DNA of 64,000 nt from an uncultured cyanobacterium (GTDB lineage: Bacteria > Cyanobacteriota > Cyanobacteriia > Cyanobacteriales > Cyanobacteriaceae). Under the pieces are notes generated by a model. That model made no database searches, was not told where the DNA came from, and saw only the letters and a program-made list of their open reading frames with translations. How positions within the stretch are numbered: position 1 is the stretch's first letter; every line of letters begins with the position of its first letter. The DNA lies in the NCBI GenBank assembly GCA_963749915.1, contig CAVVOP010000020.1, forward strand, positions 192,001 to 256,000, written 5' to 3'. Of the stretch, positions 20,337 through 30,106 are shown piece by piece. Position numbers and translations under genes: made by a program.

Positions 20337-20378
20337 ATTTTCCAAAACCCTCGCAGTATTGAAGTGCGTCTTAGCTTA
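20337..20378 (+). repeat. Dispersed repeat or MITE-like end, inverted match to 18875-18904
   Basis: 27/30 identity in reverse complement to 18875-18904; ends in GTGCGTCTTAGCTTA. Confidence 0.7.
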
Positions 20379-20395
20379 CCAACACTCCTAATATA

Positions 20396-20466
20396 AAGAT
20401 TGTGTAAAGTTTTAGCATTTGTCAAGATTGTGTAAAGTTTTAGTATTTTTCAAGATTGTGTAAAGT
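20396..20466 (+). repeat. 28-bp-period direct repeat, 2.5 copies
   Basis: AAGATTGTGTAAAGT(TTTAG) at 20396, 20424 and 20452. Confidence 0.9.
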
Positions 20467-20551
20467 AAGATACAAGAAAAACTGGTCATTTTCAACAAAA
20501 GCCCCTATGCTAGAGAGGATATTTGTTACTTAGCAATTGAGGGACTCATAG

Positions 20552-21517
20552 ATGACAATAAATAATCAGACAGGAATTTTAACATTAGCATTTGGACCTG
20601 AGCGTTATATTCAAATGGCCATAAGATTAGCTCAATCGTTAATGCTTAACTCGCCAAACCATCCTCGAGCAATTGTTACAGATCGGAATAAAGATGAGTT
20701 ATCTCAGTATTTTGATATTGTAATACCATACAAACCTGAATATGGTCGTAACTTAGAACAAAAACTACACCTGGATTTATATACACCTTTTCAACGCACA
20801 ATGTATATCGATTCAGATTGTTTGGTAGTTAAAAGTTTAGATTCTATTTTCAGTATGCTTCGTGGTTATCCGTTGACAACTAGTGATTTCCACAAAAGGT
20901 TTCGTGACTACAGTGATCCAAATTTTGAAGTTAATGTAAATAAGGTACTTGATTATTTTAATATTGATTTCATTTACCGATTTAATGGCGGACTTTATTA
21001 TTTTGAGAGTAACTCCACCTCTACAAAAGTATTCGAACAAGCACGGGAGATTTTGAATTTTTATCCAGAGTTGGGTATCCGTCAATTCCGTAACTCTGGA
21101 CCAAATGAGGAAATTTTAATGGGTATTGCCATGAGACTAAACGACCTCAAACTGTTTAGAGACAATGGTGCTCTAATGAAAACGCCCAAGGGTTTAATCG
21201 ACAAAATTGAAATAGACGTCTTCCAAAAGTATTCTCGTTTTAACAAAAAAGGTAGGATAGTCTCGCCGGCAATAGTTCACTACTGTGGTGGATGGGTTTC
21301 ACATCCTACCTATGTTCGCGAAGTATTCAAACTACAATATGTCAATAATTACAAAGAAAACTATTTGCCACTTCTCAAAATTCTTCTACCTTTAATCTAC
21401 CTAAGAGCCCAACTAGCATACTCAATGTCTAAATTGACCAAACGATTCCAAGACAAATATGCTCGACTGACTGAACAGATGCGGCAATCACCGAAACCAA
21501 AAATGGCAAGCAATTAA
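20552..21517 (+). CDS. GT-A fold (GT8-like) glycosyltransferase
   Basis: TMYIDSDC DxD motif, FNGGLYYF, C-terminal IVHYCG. Confidence 0.65.
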   Translation: MTINNQTGILTLAFGPERYIQMAIRLAQSLMLNSPNHPRAIVTDRNKDELSQYFDIVIPYKPEYGRNLEQKLHLDLYTPFQRTMYIDSDCLVVKSLDSIFSMLRGYPLTTSDFHKRFRDYSDPNFEVNVNKVLDYFNIDFIYRFNGGLYYFESNSTSTKVFEQAREILNFYPELGIRQFRNSGPNEEILMGIAMRLNDLKLFRDNGALMKTPKGLIDKIEIDVFQKYSRFNKKGRIVSPAIVHYCGGWVSHPTYVREVFKLQYVNNYKENYLPLLKILLPLIYLRAQLAYSMSKLTKRFQDKYARLTEQMRQSPKPKMASN

Positions 21518-21531
21518 GGGAGGTTAGAATT

Positions 21532-22413
21532 TTGATAACTCAAAATCTTAGTGGAATGGACAAAGAACAACAAAGCTTTTTTGATGAAAACGGTTACCTT
21601 GGACCAATCCCAATGGGAGATATCCCCCACCTTTCAGATTTGAAACACTCGTTAGAGCAGTCTAGCAAAGTGTCTGGTACCAAGGTTGAAAATCTACTAG
21701 TAGAACGAGATGCACATATAAAGTTTAGATTGGTTTATGATATCGCCACGCTGCCTTGCATCAAAGATTCCATCTCTGAACTATTGGGGGACAATCTGCT
21801 TCTGTGGATAGGTCATGTAATTTGTCGCCCCCCCGGAGATAAAGGGCAGAGTTGGCACGTTGATCAAACTAATAAAAATGTCGCTGGTGTTCACGTGTCG
21901 GTTGCTGTTACTGACATGAATCTCAGTAACGGTTGTATGCATGTTATTCCTAAAACTCACAAGTACGCCGAGATATCAAATAGTTATTTTGGGGAACAAC
22001 AAAGATTGGGAAATATTGATCTTCGTGATGGAGACTCAATGTTAAGGTTTGCAGACCATTTACATCCGGAGAATGCTCCACATCAAATTGTCCCGATTCA
22101 GTTGAATTCAGGTCAATATTGCCTCACCAAAGGAGGTCTTTGGCATGGTGTTACCCCACATAAATCAGATCAAACCCGAATTGTTTTGATCGCTCGTTAT
22201 ATGAGCCCACAGAAAAAGATTACTTCCCATGAGGGAAGAAATCCCCTGAATTGCATAATTGTGAAAGGGAAAGATACTTACAGCAAGAATGTTTTATCTT
22301 TTCCCCCGCTTCCATTGTTTAAGAAATACTTGTTTTTGAATTACTCTCTAAACATGTATTACAATAAGATTTTAAAAAAGTTCTTAGATATTTCGGCGTT
22401 AGTGAATGAATAA
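21532..22413 (+). CDS. Phytanoyl-CoA dioxygenase (PhyH)-family Fe(II)/2OG oxygenase
   Basis: FFDENGY, WHVD (HxD), NGCMHVIPKTH, distal WHG and Arg. Confidence 0.85.
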   Translation: MITQNLSGMDKEQQSFFDENGYLGPIPMGDIPHLSDLKHSLEQSSKVSGTKVENLLVERDAHIKFRLVYDIATLPCIKDSISELLGDNLLLWIGHVICRPPGDKGQSWHVDQTNKNVAGVHVSVAVTDMNLSNGCMHVIPKTHKYAEISNSYFGEQQRLGNIDLRDGDSMLRFADHLHPENAPHQIVPIQLNSGQYCLTKGGLWHGVTPHKSDQTRIVLIARYMSPQKKITSHEGRNPLNCIIVKGKDTYSKNVLSFPPLPLFKKYLFLNYSLNMYYNKILKKFLDISALVNE

Positions 22414-22520
22414 TAGACTTGTTGCGAAATAGTAAATAATAGACATCGACCACATTTAAGAAAAAGGGGGTTAAAATGCTTATTCCACCGTGCCAAAATT
22501 CTAATTTATGGGGAGGTCTA
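22414..22520. mobile_element. Degenerate MITE-like remnant (TAGAC...GAGGTCTA ends)
   Basis: Left TAGACTTGTTGCGAAATA, right TTATGGGGAGGTCTA; related lone end TTTTTGCAAGAGGTCTA at 29264-29280. Confidence 0.45.
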
Positions 22521-22600
22521 ATGGACCAGAAAATAATCGTTGTACTCGGATTCAGATACTTAACATTTAAGTAATTGTTATTTTTTATCACTAGATTATT

Positions 22601-23380
22601 ATGACTCAGATCATTTTCTTTTATATGCCCAGAACAGCCTCCAGGTTTATGCGAAAATTTTTATTAAAGGAATTAGGGGATAATATCACAACGATAGATC
22701 ATGAATATCATTGGCACGAAAACGGCCAGATAAAGACCAATCATTTTGAACAAGATGATTGCTGGAGATTCTGCTTTGTACGAAATCCATACCCAAGATT
22801 TTTTAGTGCTTATAAGCATATTGTTGGGCAATCATATCAAGGGTTAAATCCTCCTGACAGGAAAGAAAGAGAGGCCATTTTAAAGTTTAATGGGTTAAAG
22901 GATTTTTGTCTAAATTTAGGAGATTTTACATCTGATTTTAGTCATAATCCTGTACATTTCATACCTCAAAAAAAATGGATTTCTAATAGTGAGGGGCAAC
23001 TATTAATGGACTACATAGCCAAATATGAATTCATGAATGATTCATGGAGAGAGATATCAGATAAATTGTCGATTAGTTATACGCCCATTTTTAATCGGGA
23101 CCGTAAATTTAGTCTAAAAAAGAGATTTACTGATTCATACAAGACGATGTTTGATTTTCTATTCCCCGAGTATCATCCTAGTTTTTTAAATAATGAAATA
23201 CTGCCATTAATTCAGGATTTCTATAAGGAGGATTTTGAACAATTTGAATATTCTCAAGATTTCACTTCCTTTTCCAATACATACTTTATGCCATACCTTC
23301 GCAAAACAAGTGGATACTTCTCTACAAAAGATAAAGATGCCTATTTACCGTTCCTAAAAACATATGGTCGTTTTAAATAA
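22601..23380 (+). CDS. Sulfotransferase family 2 protein
   Basis: FFYMPRTAS (variant 5'-PSB), FVRNPYPRFFSAY (3'-PB), HFIPQ, YKEDFEQFEY. Confidence 0.75.
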   Translation: MTQIIFFYMPRTASRFMRKFLLKELGDNITTIDHEYHWHENGQIKTNHFEQDDCWRFCFVRNPYPRFFSAYKHIVGQSYQGLNPPDRKEREAILKFNGLKDFCLNLGDFTSDFSHNPVHFIPQKKWISNSEGQLLMDYIAKYEFMNDSWREISDKLSISYTPIFNRDRKFSLKKRFTDSYKTMFDFLFPEYHPSFLNNEILPLIQDFYKEDFEQFEYSQDFTSFSNTYFMPYLRKTSGYFSTKDKDAYLPFLKTYGRFK

Positions 23381-23411
23381 GAGTGAGACATGATAAACAA
23401 AGGGAAAAAAT

Positions 23412-23438
23412 AGGAGTCAGGAGTCAGGAGTCAGGAGT
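23412..23438 (+). repeat. Heptamer tandem repeat AGGAGTC x~4 (STRR-type)
   Basis: Read directly from the sequence. Confidence 0.85.
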
Positions 23439-23542
23439 TTTTTTGTACTCAATACTATTGGAATATTTGCGGGGATGGAAATGGCGGCACGTCTGAACTG
23501 AGAAGTTAAACCATCTGACTCTTCCAAGTCTCACCTTCGCCC

Positions 23543-23581
23543 AAATATTAAAAACCTACACCCGAAAGCTTCCCCCTCTTC
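23543..23581 (-). repeat. 39-bp repeat, copy 2 (inverted relative to 18927-18965)
   Basis: Exact reverse complement of 18927-18965. Confidence 0.9.
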
Positions 23582-23589
23582 GTTGAAAG

Positions 23590-24327
23590 TTAAACGGCAA
23601 GGAATCTCTGGATTACTTCTTGACTTAATTCTTGAGTTGAACCAGAAGCGACCATTGACCCTTTCTGCATGGCATAATACTTATCAGCTTGGCGAACAAA
23701 GTGCAGATGTTGTTCAACTAATAAGACTGATATTCCTCTATCTTCAATAATGCGACGAACGGCGGCTTCAATCTCTAAAATAATCGATGGTTGAATGCCT
23801 TCAGTGGGTTCATCTAGCACTAATAGACTCGGTTGTCCCATTAAAGCACGAGCGATGGACAGTTGTTGCTGTTGTCCCCCACTCAAATCTCCCCCTAAAC
23901 GGAATAGCATGGTTTTAAGGACAGGAAATAAATCGAAAATTTCCTCAGAAATATTGTCTTTTTTTCCTCTACCTTGGGGAAGGGCTTCTAAACCAAGAAG
24001 AAGATTTTCTTTAACTGTTAGGCGAGGGATAACTTCTCTACCTTGGGGAACATAACCTATACCTAATCTAGCTCTTTTATCAGTGGACAGTTTGTTAATA
24101 CTTTTTCCCTGAAAGTTAATATTTCCCGTGCGGGGTTTGAGAAGTCCCATAAGGGTTTTCAAAATGGTTGTTTTTCCCACTCCATTACGACCAATCAAAC
24201 AAACCATTTGACCTGGATTTATGCTGAGGTCAACATCACGGATAATATGACTCTCTCCGTAATATACATTAAGGTTTGCCACCTGTAACATCGGCTGATA
24301 TTCTTGAGTTAAATCTTCAGTTTTCAT
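23590..24327 (-). CDS. urtE: Urea ABC transporter ATP-binding subunit
   Basis: GRNGVGKT, LSGGQQQQL, LDEPTEGIQPS; last gene of the urt cluster. Confidence 0.95.
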   Translation of the reverse strand: MKTEDLTQEYQPMLQVANLNVYYGESHIIRDVDLSINPGQMVCLIGRNGVGKTTILKTLMGLLKPRTGNINFQGKSINKLSTDKRARLGIGYVPQGREVIPRLTVKENLLLGLEALPQGRGKKDNISEEIFDLFPVLKTMLFRLGGDLSGGQQQQLSIARALMGQPSLLVLDEPTEGIQPSIILEIEAAVRRIIEDRGISVLLVEQHLHFVRQADKYYAMQKGSMVASGSTQELSQEVIQRFLAV

Positions 24328-24336
24328 CCCACTATT

Positions 24337-25413
24337 TCATCCTGCTAAGTTTAGTAGTTCAGTTAGTTTTTGATAGGCTAGAGTTGTTTCTGGTTCTGGA
24401 GAGCTAATCTTAATAATTTGATAGGCTAAATTTAAAATTAATTCCTTCTCGTGCAAATCCTCAATTTGGTCGGTTAAAATTTCTAGATTGACGTTTTTAG
24501 CAGCATAACTACTAAAATCCTCTCGTAATTGTTCTTTTTGTTCCTCTGAAAGAGAAAGAAGTTCATTAAAAGCTTCAATAATTAAATTTTCTTCTTCGGC
24601 ATTTAACAACCCGTCTGACCAAGCAATAATAGAAATAATTCGAAGCATTCTAATTTGCTGTGGTGTTAAGGAAGTTTCTTTGCCTAAATACACTTCAATT
24701 ACCTTAGGATCGTCTTGTATCTGATCCATTGTGCCTTCGCAAAGTACCGAACCTTGGTGTAAAACTGTAACTTTTCTAGCAATTTGTCGCACAAATTCCA
24801 TATCATGTTCAATGACAATAATGGAATGATTTTCTGCTAAAGCCAACAACAAATTGCCGACATTTTCTGTTTCTTCATCCGTTAAACCAGCCACGGGTTC
24901 ATCTACTAATAATAAATCGGGAGACTGGGCAACCAACATGCCAATTTCTAAGCGTTGTTTTTCGCCATGGGCAAGAAATGCTGCCTGCAAATCTGCTTTA
25001 GAAATTAAACCAATAGTTTCTAGCAATCCGGCAATGCTACGACGTTCAGCACTAGAACCTTTACCAAATAAAGTATGAAAGACATTTTTTCGGGAATTAG
25101 CAACTAAATCGAGGTTTTCTCTAACGGTCAAATTGAGATATACTCTTGGAGTTTGGAATTTTCTGCCAATACCTAAACGAGAAATTCTATATTCGGGAAT
25201 ATTTCTTAAATTTTTTCCCTTAAACAATACCCTACCTTCTGTTGGTTGTACTTTGCCAGTAATCACATCTAAAAAGGTAGTTTTTCCGGCACCATTTGGC
25301 CCAATAATGACTCGTAACTCACCGGTATCCATACTAAAATTTAGCTGGTTTAGGGCTTTGAATCCATCAAAGTTAACGGTTAAATTGTCTATTTCTAGGA
25401 TTTTCTCATTCAT
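24337..25413 (-). CDS. urtD: Urea ABC transporter ATP-binding subunit with C-terminal TerB-like extension
   Basis: GPNGAGKT, GRKFQTP, HGEKQRLE, VDEPVAG, EVYLG, then ~110 extra residues containing AWSDGLLNAEE. Confidence 0.93.
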   Translation of the reverse strand: MNEKILEIDNLTVNFDGFKALNQLNFSMDTGELRVIIGPNGAGKTTFLDVITGKVQPTEGRVLFKGKNLRNIPEYRISRLGIGRKFQTPRVYLNLTVRENLDLVANSRKNVFHTLFGKGSSAERRSIAGLLETIGLISKADLQAAFLAHGEKQRLEIGMLVAQSPDLLLVDEPVAGLTDEETENVGNLLLALAENHSIIVIEHDMEFVRQIARKVTVLHQGSVLCEGTMDQIQDDPKVIEVYLGKETSLTPQQIRMLRIISIIAWSDGLLNAEEENLIIEAFNELLSLSEEQKEQLREDFSSYAAKNVNLEILTDQIEDLHEKELILNLAYQIIKISSPEPETTLAYQKLTELLNLAG

Positions 25414-25416
25414 TCT

Positions 25417-26556
25417 TTAGTTACCTTCAATTTCTTCTCTTTCTGATTGAACTTCTGGACTTGCGTCAATCTCAGGGTAGGTGATTAATTTAGGAGTAAT
25501 GCCAAAAAGCGATTGTAGATAATTCCATCCTTCATCCTTAACCCAGCCCACAATGCCAGCTGGTAAGACTGTTACAACTATTAGGAATAATGCTCCTTGG
25601 AAAAACAACCAAACTTCTGGGAAACTTTCACTTAATAAAGTTTGTCCAAATCTAACTAATAAAGTTCCAATAATTGCTCCTAAAAGTGTTGCTCTACCCC
25701 CTACTGCTACCCAAATTACCATTTCAATAGAGAAGGCTACATCCATGGCACTGGTGGGGTTAATAATACCGGTTTGCACAGTATAAAGTGCACCGGAAAC
25801 TCCGGCAATTCCCCCAGAAATTGCGAAAACCAAAACCTTAAACCCTGTGGGATCGTAACCAGAAAATCTCACCCTGTTTTCATCATCTCTAATGGCAACT
25901 AATAACCTGCCAAATCTTCCACTTGTCAACCAACGACAGAGAAGATAAAGAAGAATCAGTAGAACAATAGTAATCTCATAAAAAACTAATTGAGCTTGAT
26001 CTGAACCAGCCAAAACTCCGAAAATTTTCTCTGTGTCTGTTTTGAGACCGTTAGTTCCATTGATTAGTTTTTGTTGTCCATTAAAGAAGTTGAAGAAAAC
26101 CAATAAAGCAGCTTGAGTAATGATGGAAAAATATACACCCTTAATGCGGTTGCGAAATACTAAATATCCCAAAAATCCAGCAACAATACTGGGGACAACA
26201 ACTAATAAGATCATTGTCAAGGGAAAAGATTTAAAAGGTTGCCAAAATATGGGCAGTTCATTAACCCCGTAAAGGCTAAAAAACTCTGGTAATTGCCCAT
26301 CGGGTAGTTGAAGATTAAGATACATTGCCAAAGCGTAACCACCCAAGGCAAAAAAGATCCCATGTCCTAGACTCAGTAATCCTGTATAGCCCCAGATTAA
26401 ATCAATCCCAAGGGCGGCAATTGCCAGGGCTAGAAATCGTCCCAATAATTTAAGGCGAAAAGGGACTAAAATCAGGGGCATAATTAAGGATAAAATAAGT
26501 ACGATCGCTCCTATAGTTATGCCTTCGATTATTAATTTTTTCTTGTTAGATATCAT
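25417..26556 (-). CDS. urtC: Urea ABC transporter permease
   Basis: DLIWGYTGLLSLGHG, IKGVYFSIITQA, IRDDENRVRFSGY. Confidence 0.95.
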   Translation of the reverse strand: MISNKKKLIIEGITIGAIVLILSLIMPLILVPFRLKLLGRFLALAIAALGIDLIWGYTGLLSLGHGIFFALGGYALAMYLNLQLPDGQLPEFFSLYGVNELPIFWQPFKSFPLTMILLVVVPSIVAGFLGYLVFRNRIKGVYFSIITQAALLVFFNFFNGQQKLINGTNGLKTDTEKIFGVLAGSDQAQLVFYEITIVLLILLYLLCRWLTSGRFGRLLVAIRDDENRVRFSGYDPTGFKVLVFAISGGIAGVSGALYTVQTGIINPTSAMDVAFSIEMVIWVAVGGRATLLGAIIGTLLVRFGQTLLSESFPEVWLFFQGALFLIVVTVLPAGIVGWVKDEGWNYLQSLFGITPKLITYPEIDASPEVQSEREEIEGN

Positions 26557-27728
26557 AGTTCAGCAGTGCGTCCCTTGGGAGCAAAAATACCAGCAGGTTT
26601 AATCTGAAGAAAAGCTATAATTAAGGCAAAAATCATCACTTTTGCCATGCTCGTTGTAGCAAAGAAATTAGAAAAGTTGACAATAGATTCTAGGAAGGGC
26701 GAATTACCAAAAGGTGCAAGCATTACAGTGAAGGTTCCCGAGCCAATAAGATAAGTTAATATTCCAATTACAAGGGCGGCAATCACCGTTCCCAATAAAT
26801 TTCCCACCCCACCAACTACCACCACCATAAAGGTATCAATAATGTAATTTTGTCCTGTATTTGGTCCTACAGAACCTAAAAAACTAATGCCACAACCGGC
26901 AATTCCGGCTAAACCAGAACCTATGGCAAAAGTTAAAGCATCTACCTTTCCTGTGGGAATACCCAAACAGGCACTCATGGAACGATTTTGTGTAACCGCA
27001 CGAATGCGTAAACCCCAATTAGAACGGTTTAAAAACCAATAAGTACCCACTACACAAAGGATAGTTAAAACTATAATAAAAATGCGAGTATAGGGTAATT
27101 GAAAATCTCCGATAGGAAAACCTCCTCTTAACCATTCTGGTGCGGTAACATCTACATTTCTCGCACTAAACCAAGGTTTAACTAAGGGGGAGTTAGGAAG
27201 TCGACTAATTAAAATATTAGCGACGATGGAAATAGCTAAAGAGAGAATAAAAATAACTGTGAGGGCTTGTTTTTTGATTTTTTCCAAATCTAAACGACGG
27301 CTGAGAAAAAACTTTCCTCCAAAGAATAAGAGGCAAAACAGGATAATTCCGATTACGAAACTCCAGTTAACACTGCGTACAAATTGTCGCAAAATTAAAC
27401 TCACTCCCCAGGTGGCTAGGAGAGTTTCCAATGGTCTTCCGTAAAGATAGCGAATTACCCCTCTTTCCAACACCAATCCTGCTAAAGCCGCCACTAGAAA
27501 TGCGAAAGGTAATGCTAGAAAAACATAAAGACTGAACCAAGGTTCTCCCAAGCCTTTAAACACATTTTGAACTACAAATGTCGTGTATGCTCCCAACATC
27601 ATCAACTCTCCATGAGCGAGATTAATAACGCCCATAAGTCCGAAGACAATAGCTAGTCCTAGTGCAGTAACTAATAGCACGGAACCAATACTAAGTCCGT
27701 TAAAAATTCCGTCCAATAATTCTATCAC
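26553..27728 (-). CDS. urtB: Urea ABC transporter permease
   Basis: VFGLMGVINLAHGE, RPLETLLATWG, IRAVTQNR; 4-nt overlap with urtC. Confidence 0.95.
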   Translation of the reverse strand: MIELLDGIFNGLSIGSVLLVTALGLAIVFGLMGVINLAHGELMMLGAYTTFVVQNVFKGLGEPWFSLYVFLALPFAFLVAALAGLVLERGVIRYLYGRPLETLLATWGVSLILRQFVRSVNWSFVIGIILFCLLFFGGKFFLSRRLDLEKIKKQALTVIFILSLAISIVANILISRLPNSPLVKPWFSARNVDVTAPEWLRGGFPIGDFQLPYTRIFIIVLTILCVVGTYWFLNRSNWGLRIRAVTQNRSMSACLGIPTGKVDALTFAIGSGLAGIAGCGISFLGSVGPNTGQNYIIDTFMVVVVGGVGNLLGTVIAALVIGILTYLIGSGTFTVMLAPFGNSPFLESIVNFSNFFATTSMAKVMIFALIIAFLQIKPAGIFAPKGRTAEL

Positions 27729-27838
27729 TTGTTGCTATTCCCTTTCTCTAAACACAATATTTGAAGATAAACGACAGGGAAATTATTCCCCATCCAGAAC
27801 ATTAAGCAAGGAAAAATGGGCTTATTTCCATAAGTTTT

Positions 27839-29137
27839 TTACATCTTATACTTATTGCCCTTGGCTGGATCTGTCCAGTCACAAGCATAACCCTTAGTAT
27901 CGGGAACATACTGGTTCCAAGGCATAGGATCAACGGGTTTTTCCGTTGACCAAACAATGTTAAATAAGCCATCGTCCCTGACTTCTCCAATGCGTACCAT
28001 CTTGGAGATATGATGATTGGGCATCATCGTTACCATTCCTTCCGGGGCATCAAAAGTTTGACCCACTGCGGCCATTCTAACCGCTTCTAAATCATCTGCT
28101 GTTCCTGCTTTTTCTACGGCTTGCTTCCAGAGATAAACCATGATGTAAGCCGCTTCCATTGGGTCATTGGTTACCCTGTCTGCACCGTATTTTGCTTTGA
28201 AATCTGCCACCCATTTCTCATTAGCTGGACTATCAACTGTTTGAAAATAGTTCCATGCAGCATATTGTCCCAGCAAGTATTCTTTGCCAATTTGTCGAAC
28301 TTCTTCTTCGGCAATACTTACGGACATGGTAGGGTATTTGTCAGGTTTTAAGCCAGCAGCTTGTAGTTGTTTGAAGAATGCTACATTACTATCTCCATTG
28401 AGGGAATTAAAGATTACTCCACCATTGGGAAGGGCGGCTTTGATTTTTGTAATAATTGGTGTAACTTCAGTGTTACCTAAAGGTAAGTAATCTTCGCCAA
28501 CGGTTTCTCCTCCTTGAGCTTTTAATTGTTCTTTAATGATAGTGTTCGCTGTGCGGGGAAAAACATAGTCCGAACCTACTAAAAAGAATTGTTTGCCCTT
28601 ATTTTCCAACAGCCAATCTACCGCGGGTTCAATCTGTTGGTTGGGGGCGGCACCAGTATAGAAAATATTTTTTGAACATTCCTGTCCTTCATATTGAACA
28701 GGATACCAAAGCATATGATTTTTGGACTCAAAAACCGGCAAAACAGCTTGACGACTTGCGGAGGTCCAACAACCAAAAACGGTTACCACTTTATCTTGAT
28801 CGATTAGTTTGGTTGCTTTTTCAGCGAAAGTTGGCCAATCTGAACCTCCATCTTCAATAATTGGTTCAATTTCTTTACCCAACACACCGCCAGCCGCGTT
28901 AATTTCATCTATGGCCATTAATTCTGCTTCTTTAACGGTGGTTTCACTGATTGCCATTGTGCCACTTAAAGAGTGTAGAATCCCCACCTTAATTGTTTCT
29001 CCACTACCTGCAGGACTTTCTCCAGGACTCTCGGTGGGTGTAGTTGTGTTGTTTGAACAAGCCTTGAGTAATAAACTTGTCCCCAAAGTAGCAGAACCAT
29101 AAACTAAGAATTTGCGTCGTCCTATCCTATTAGTCAT
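27839..29137 (-). CDS. urtA: Urea ABC transporter substrate-binding lipoprotein
   Basis: Tat-like RRKFL plus lipobox [35 protein letters not shown]. Confidence 0.96.
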   Translation of the reverse strand: MTNRIGRRKFLVYGSATLGTSLLLKACSNNTTTPTESPGESPAGSGETIKVGILHSLSGTMAISETTVKEAELMAIDEINAAGGVLGKEIEPIIEDGGSDWPTFAEKATKLIDQDKVVTVFGCWTSASRQAVLPVFESKNHMLWYPVQYEGQECSKNIFYTGAAPNQQIEPAVDWLLENKGKQFFLVGSDYVFPRTANTIIKEQLKAQGGETVGEDYLPLGNTEVTPIITKIKAALPNGGVIFNSLNGDSNVAFFKQLQAAGLKPDKYPTMSVSIAEEEVRQIGKEYLLGQYAAWNYFQTVDSPANEKWVADFKAKYGADRVTNDPMEAAYIMVYLWKQAVEKAGTADDLEAVRMAAVGQTFDAPEGMVTMMPNHHISKMVRIGEVRDDGLFNIVWSTEKPVDPMPWNQYVPDTKGYACDWTDPAKGNKYKM

Positions 29138-29172
29138 AATTACTTATTGATACACCATCTATATTTAGTGTG

Positions 29173-29214
29173 ATGTTAGAGTTTTACCACGGGAAAAAGT
29201 GTATTCAAGGATAC
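29173..29214 (-). promoter_or_regulatory. NtcA-activated promoter of urtA
   Basis: GTA-TTCAAGGA-TAC at 29201-29214, 22 nt from a -10 TAACAT (29178-29173): canonical class II spacing. Confidence 0.85.
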
Positions 29215-29298
29215 ATAACACGGCTTATTTCTATAATCCAAAATTACCTAACCGAGAAATCTATTTTTGCAAGAGGTCTATTATGAACATAATATTTC

Positions 29299-29604
29299 TC
29301 AAACTTTGCCGTTTATTAGATTGTTAAAACCATATATTTCTTGAGTTCCCCCTATGGTGACTAATTCTATTTCCTTCTCATCCCCTGGTTCAAAACGAAT
29401 CGCAGTTCCTGCGGGTATATTTAGTCGCATTCCTTTTGTTTTTTCCCTGTCGAACTGTAGGGCAAAATTTACTTCATAAAAGTGAAAATGGGAACCAATT
29501 TGAATCGGTCGATCGCCTGTATTAGCCACAAGAATTTTTAGGGTAGAGCGACCTACATTTATTTCAATGTCACCCTTTTGAGCAATAATTTCCCCTGGTA
29601 TCAT
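29299..29604 (-). CDS. ureB: Urease subunit beta
   Basis: [32 protein letters not shown]. Confidence 0.97.
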   Translation of the reverse strand: MIPGEIIAQKGDIEINVGRSTLKILVANTGDRPIQIGSHFHFYEVNFALQFDREKTKGMRLNIPAGTAIRFEPGDEKEIELVTIGGTQEIYGFNNLINGKV

Positions 29605-29624
29605 TAGTCTAATTCTCCGTTTAT

Positions 29625-29927
29625 TTATTGTATTGGTTGATGAACTGTCACCAGTTTAGTTCCATCAGGAAAGGTGGCTTCCACCTGAATTTCGTGAATC
29701 ATTTCGGGGATACCTTCCATGACGTTTTCTTTAGTTAAAATGGTTCGGCCATAGCTCATTAATTCTGCCACAGTCTTGCCCTCTCTTGCTCCTTCTAAAA
29801 TGGCCGTAGTAATATAGGCAATGGCTTCGGGATAGTTAAGTTTTAATCCTTTGGCTTTGCGTCTTTCTGCCAGTAATCCAGCCGTAAAAATTAGTAATTT
29901 ATCTTTTTCCTGGGGTGATAACTGCAT
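29625..29927 (-). CDS. ureA: Urease subunit gamma
   Basis: [31 protein letters not shown]. Confidence 0.97.
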   Translation of the reverse strand: MQLSPQEKDKLLIFTAGLLAERRKAKGLKLNYPEAIAYITTAILEGAREGKTVAELMSYGRTILTKENVMEGIPEMIHEIQVEATFPDGTKLVTVHQPIQ

Positions 29928-30106
29928 AATAATTTAGGCTTTTTCAGAGTAGTTGTGATGAAAAAACAATAAAAAAGTTAATTTTTATTAACCAATATAT
30001 AGATACTGGATAATCGTAATTGCTTGAATTATTGACTTCTACGCCTATTTTATACTATTGGAGGAATGAAAATACCCTCAAAACGCTTTGCTTGCTAATT
30101 ATCTAA

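Noticed and set aside
20396..20466. Direct repeats as a mini CRISPR array
   Set aside because: Period is only 28 bp with near-identical linkers; this is a tandem duplication.
22319..22591. 90-aa - strand ORF
   Set aside because: Overlaps the dioxygenase 3' end and a MITE-like remnant; no recognisable features.
23795..29102. Numerous + strand ORFs of 60-100 aa within urtABCDE
   Set aside because: Antisense shadows of conserved genes with no motifs. The same applies to similar ORFs over mdh, purD, proC, fabG and icd.
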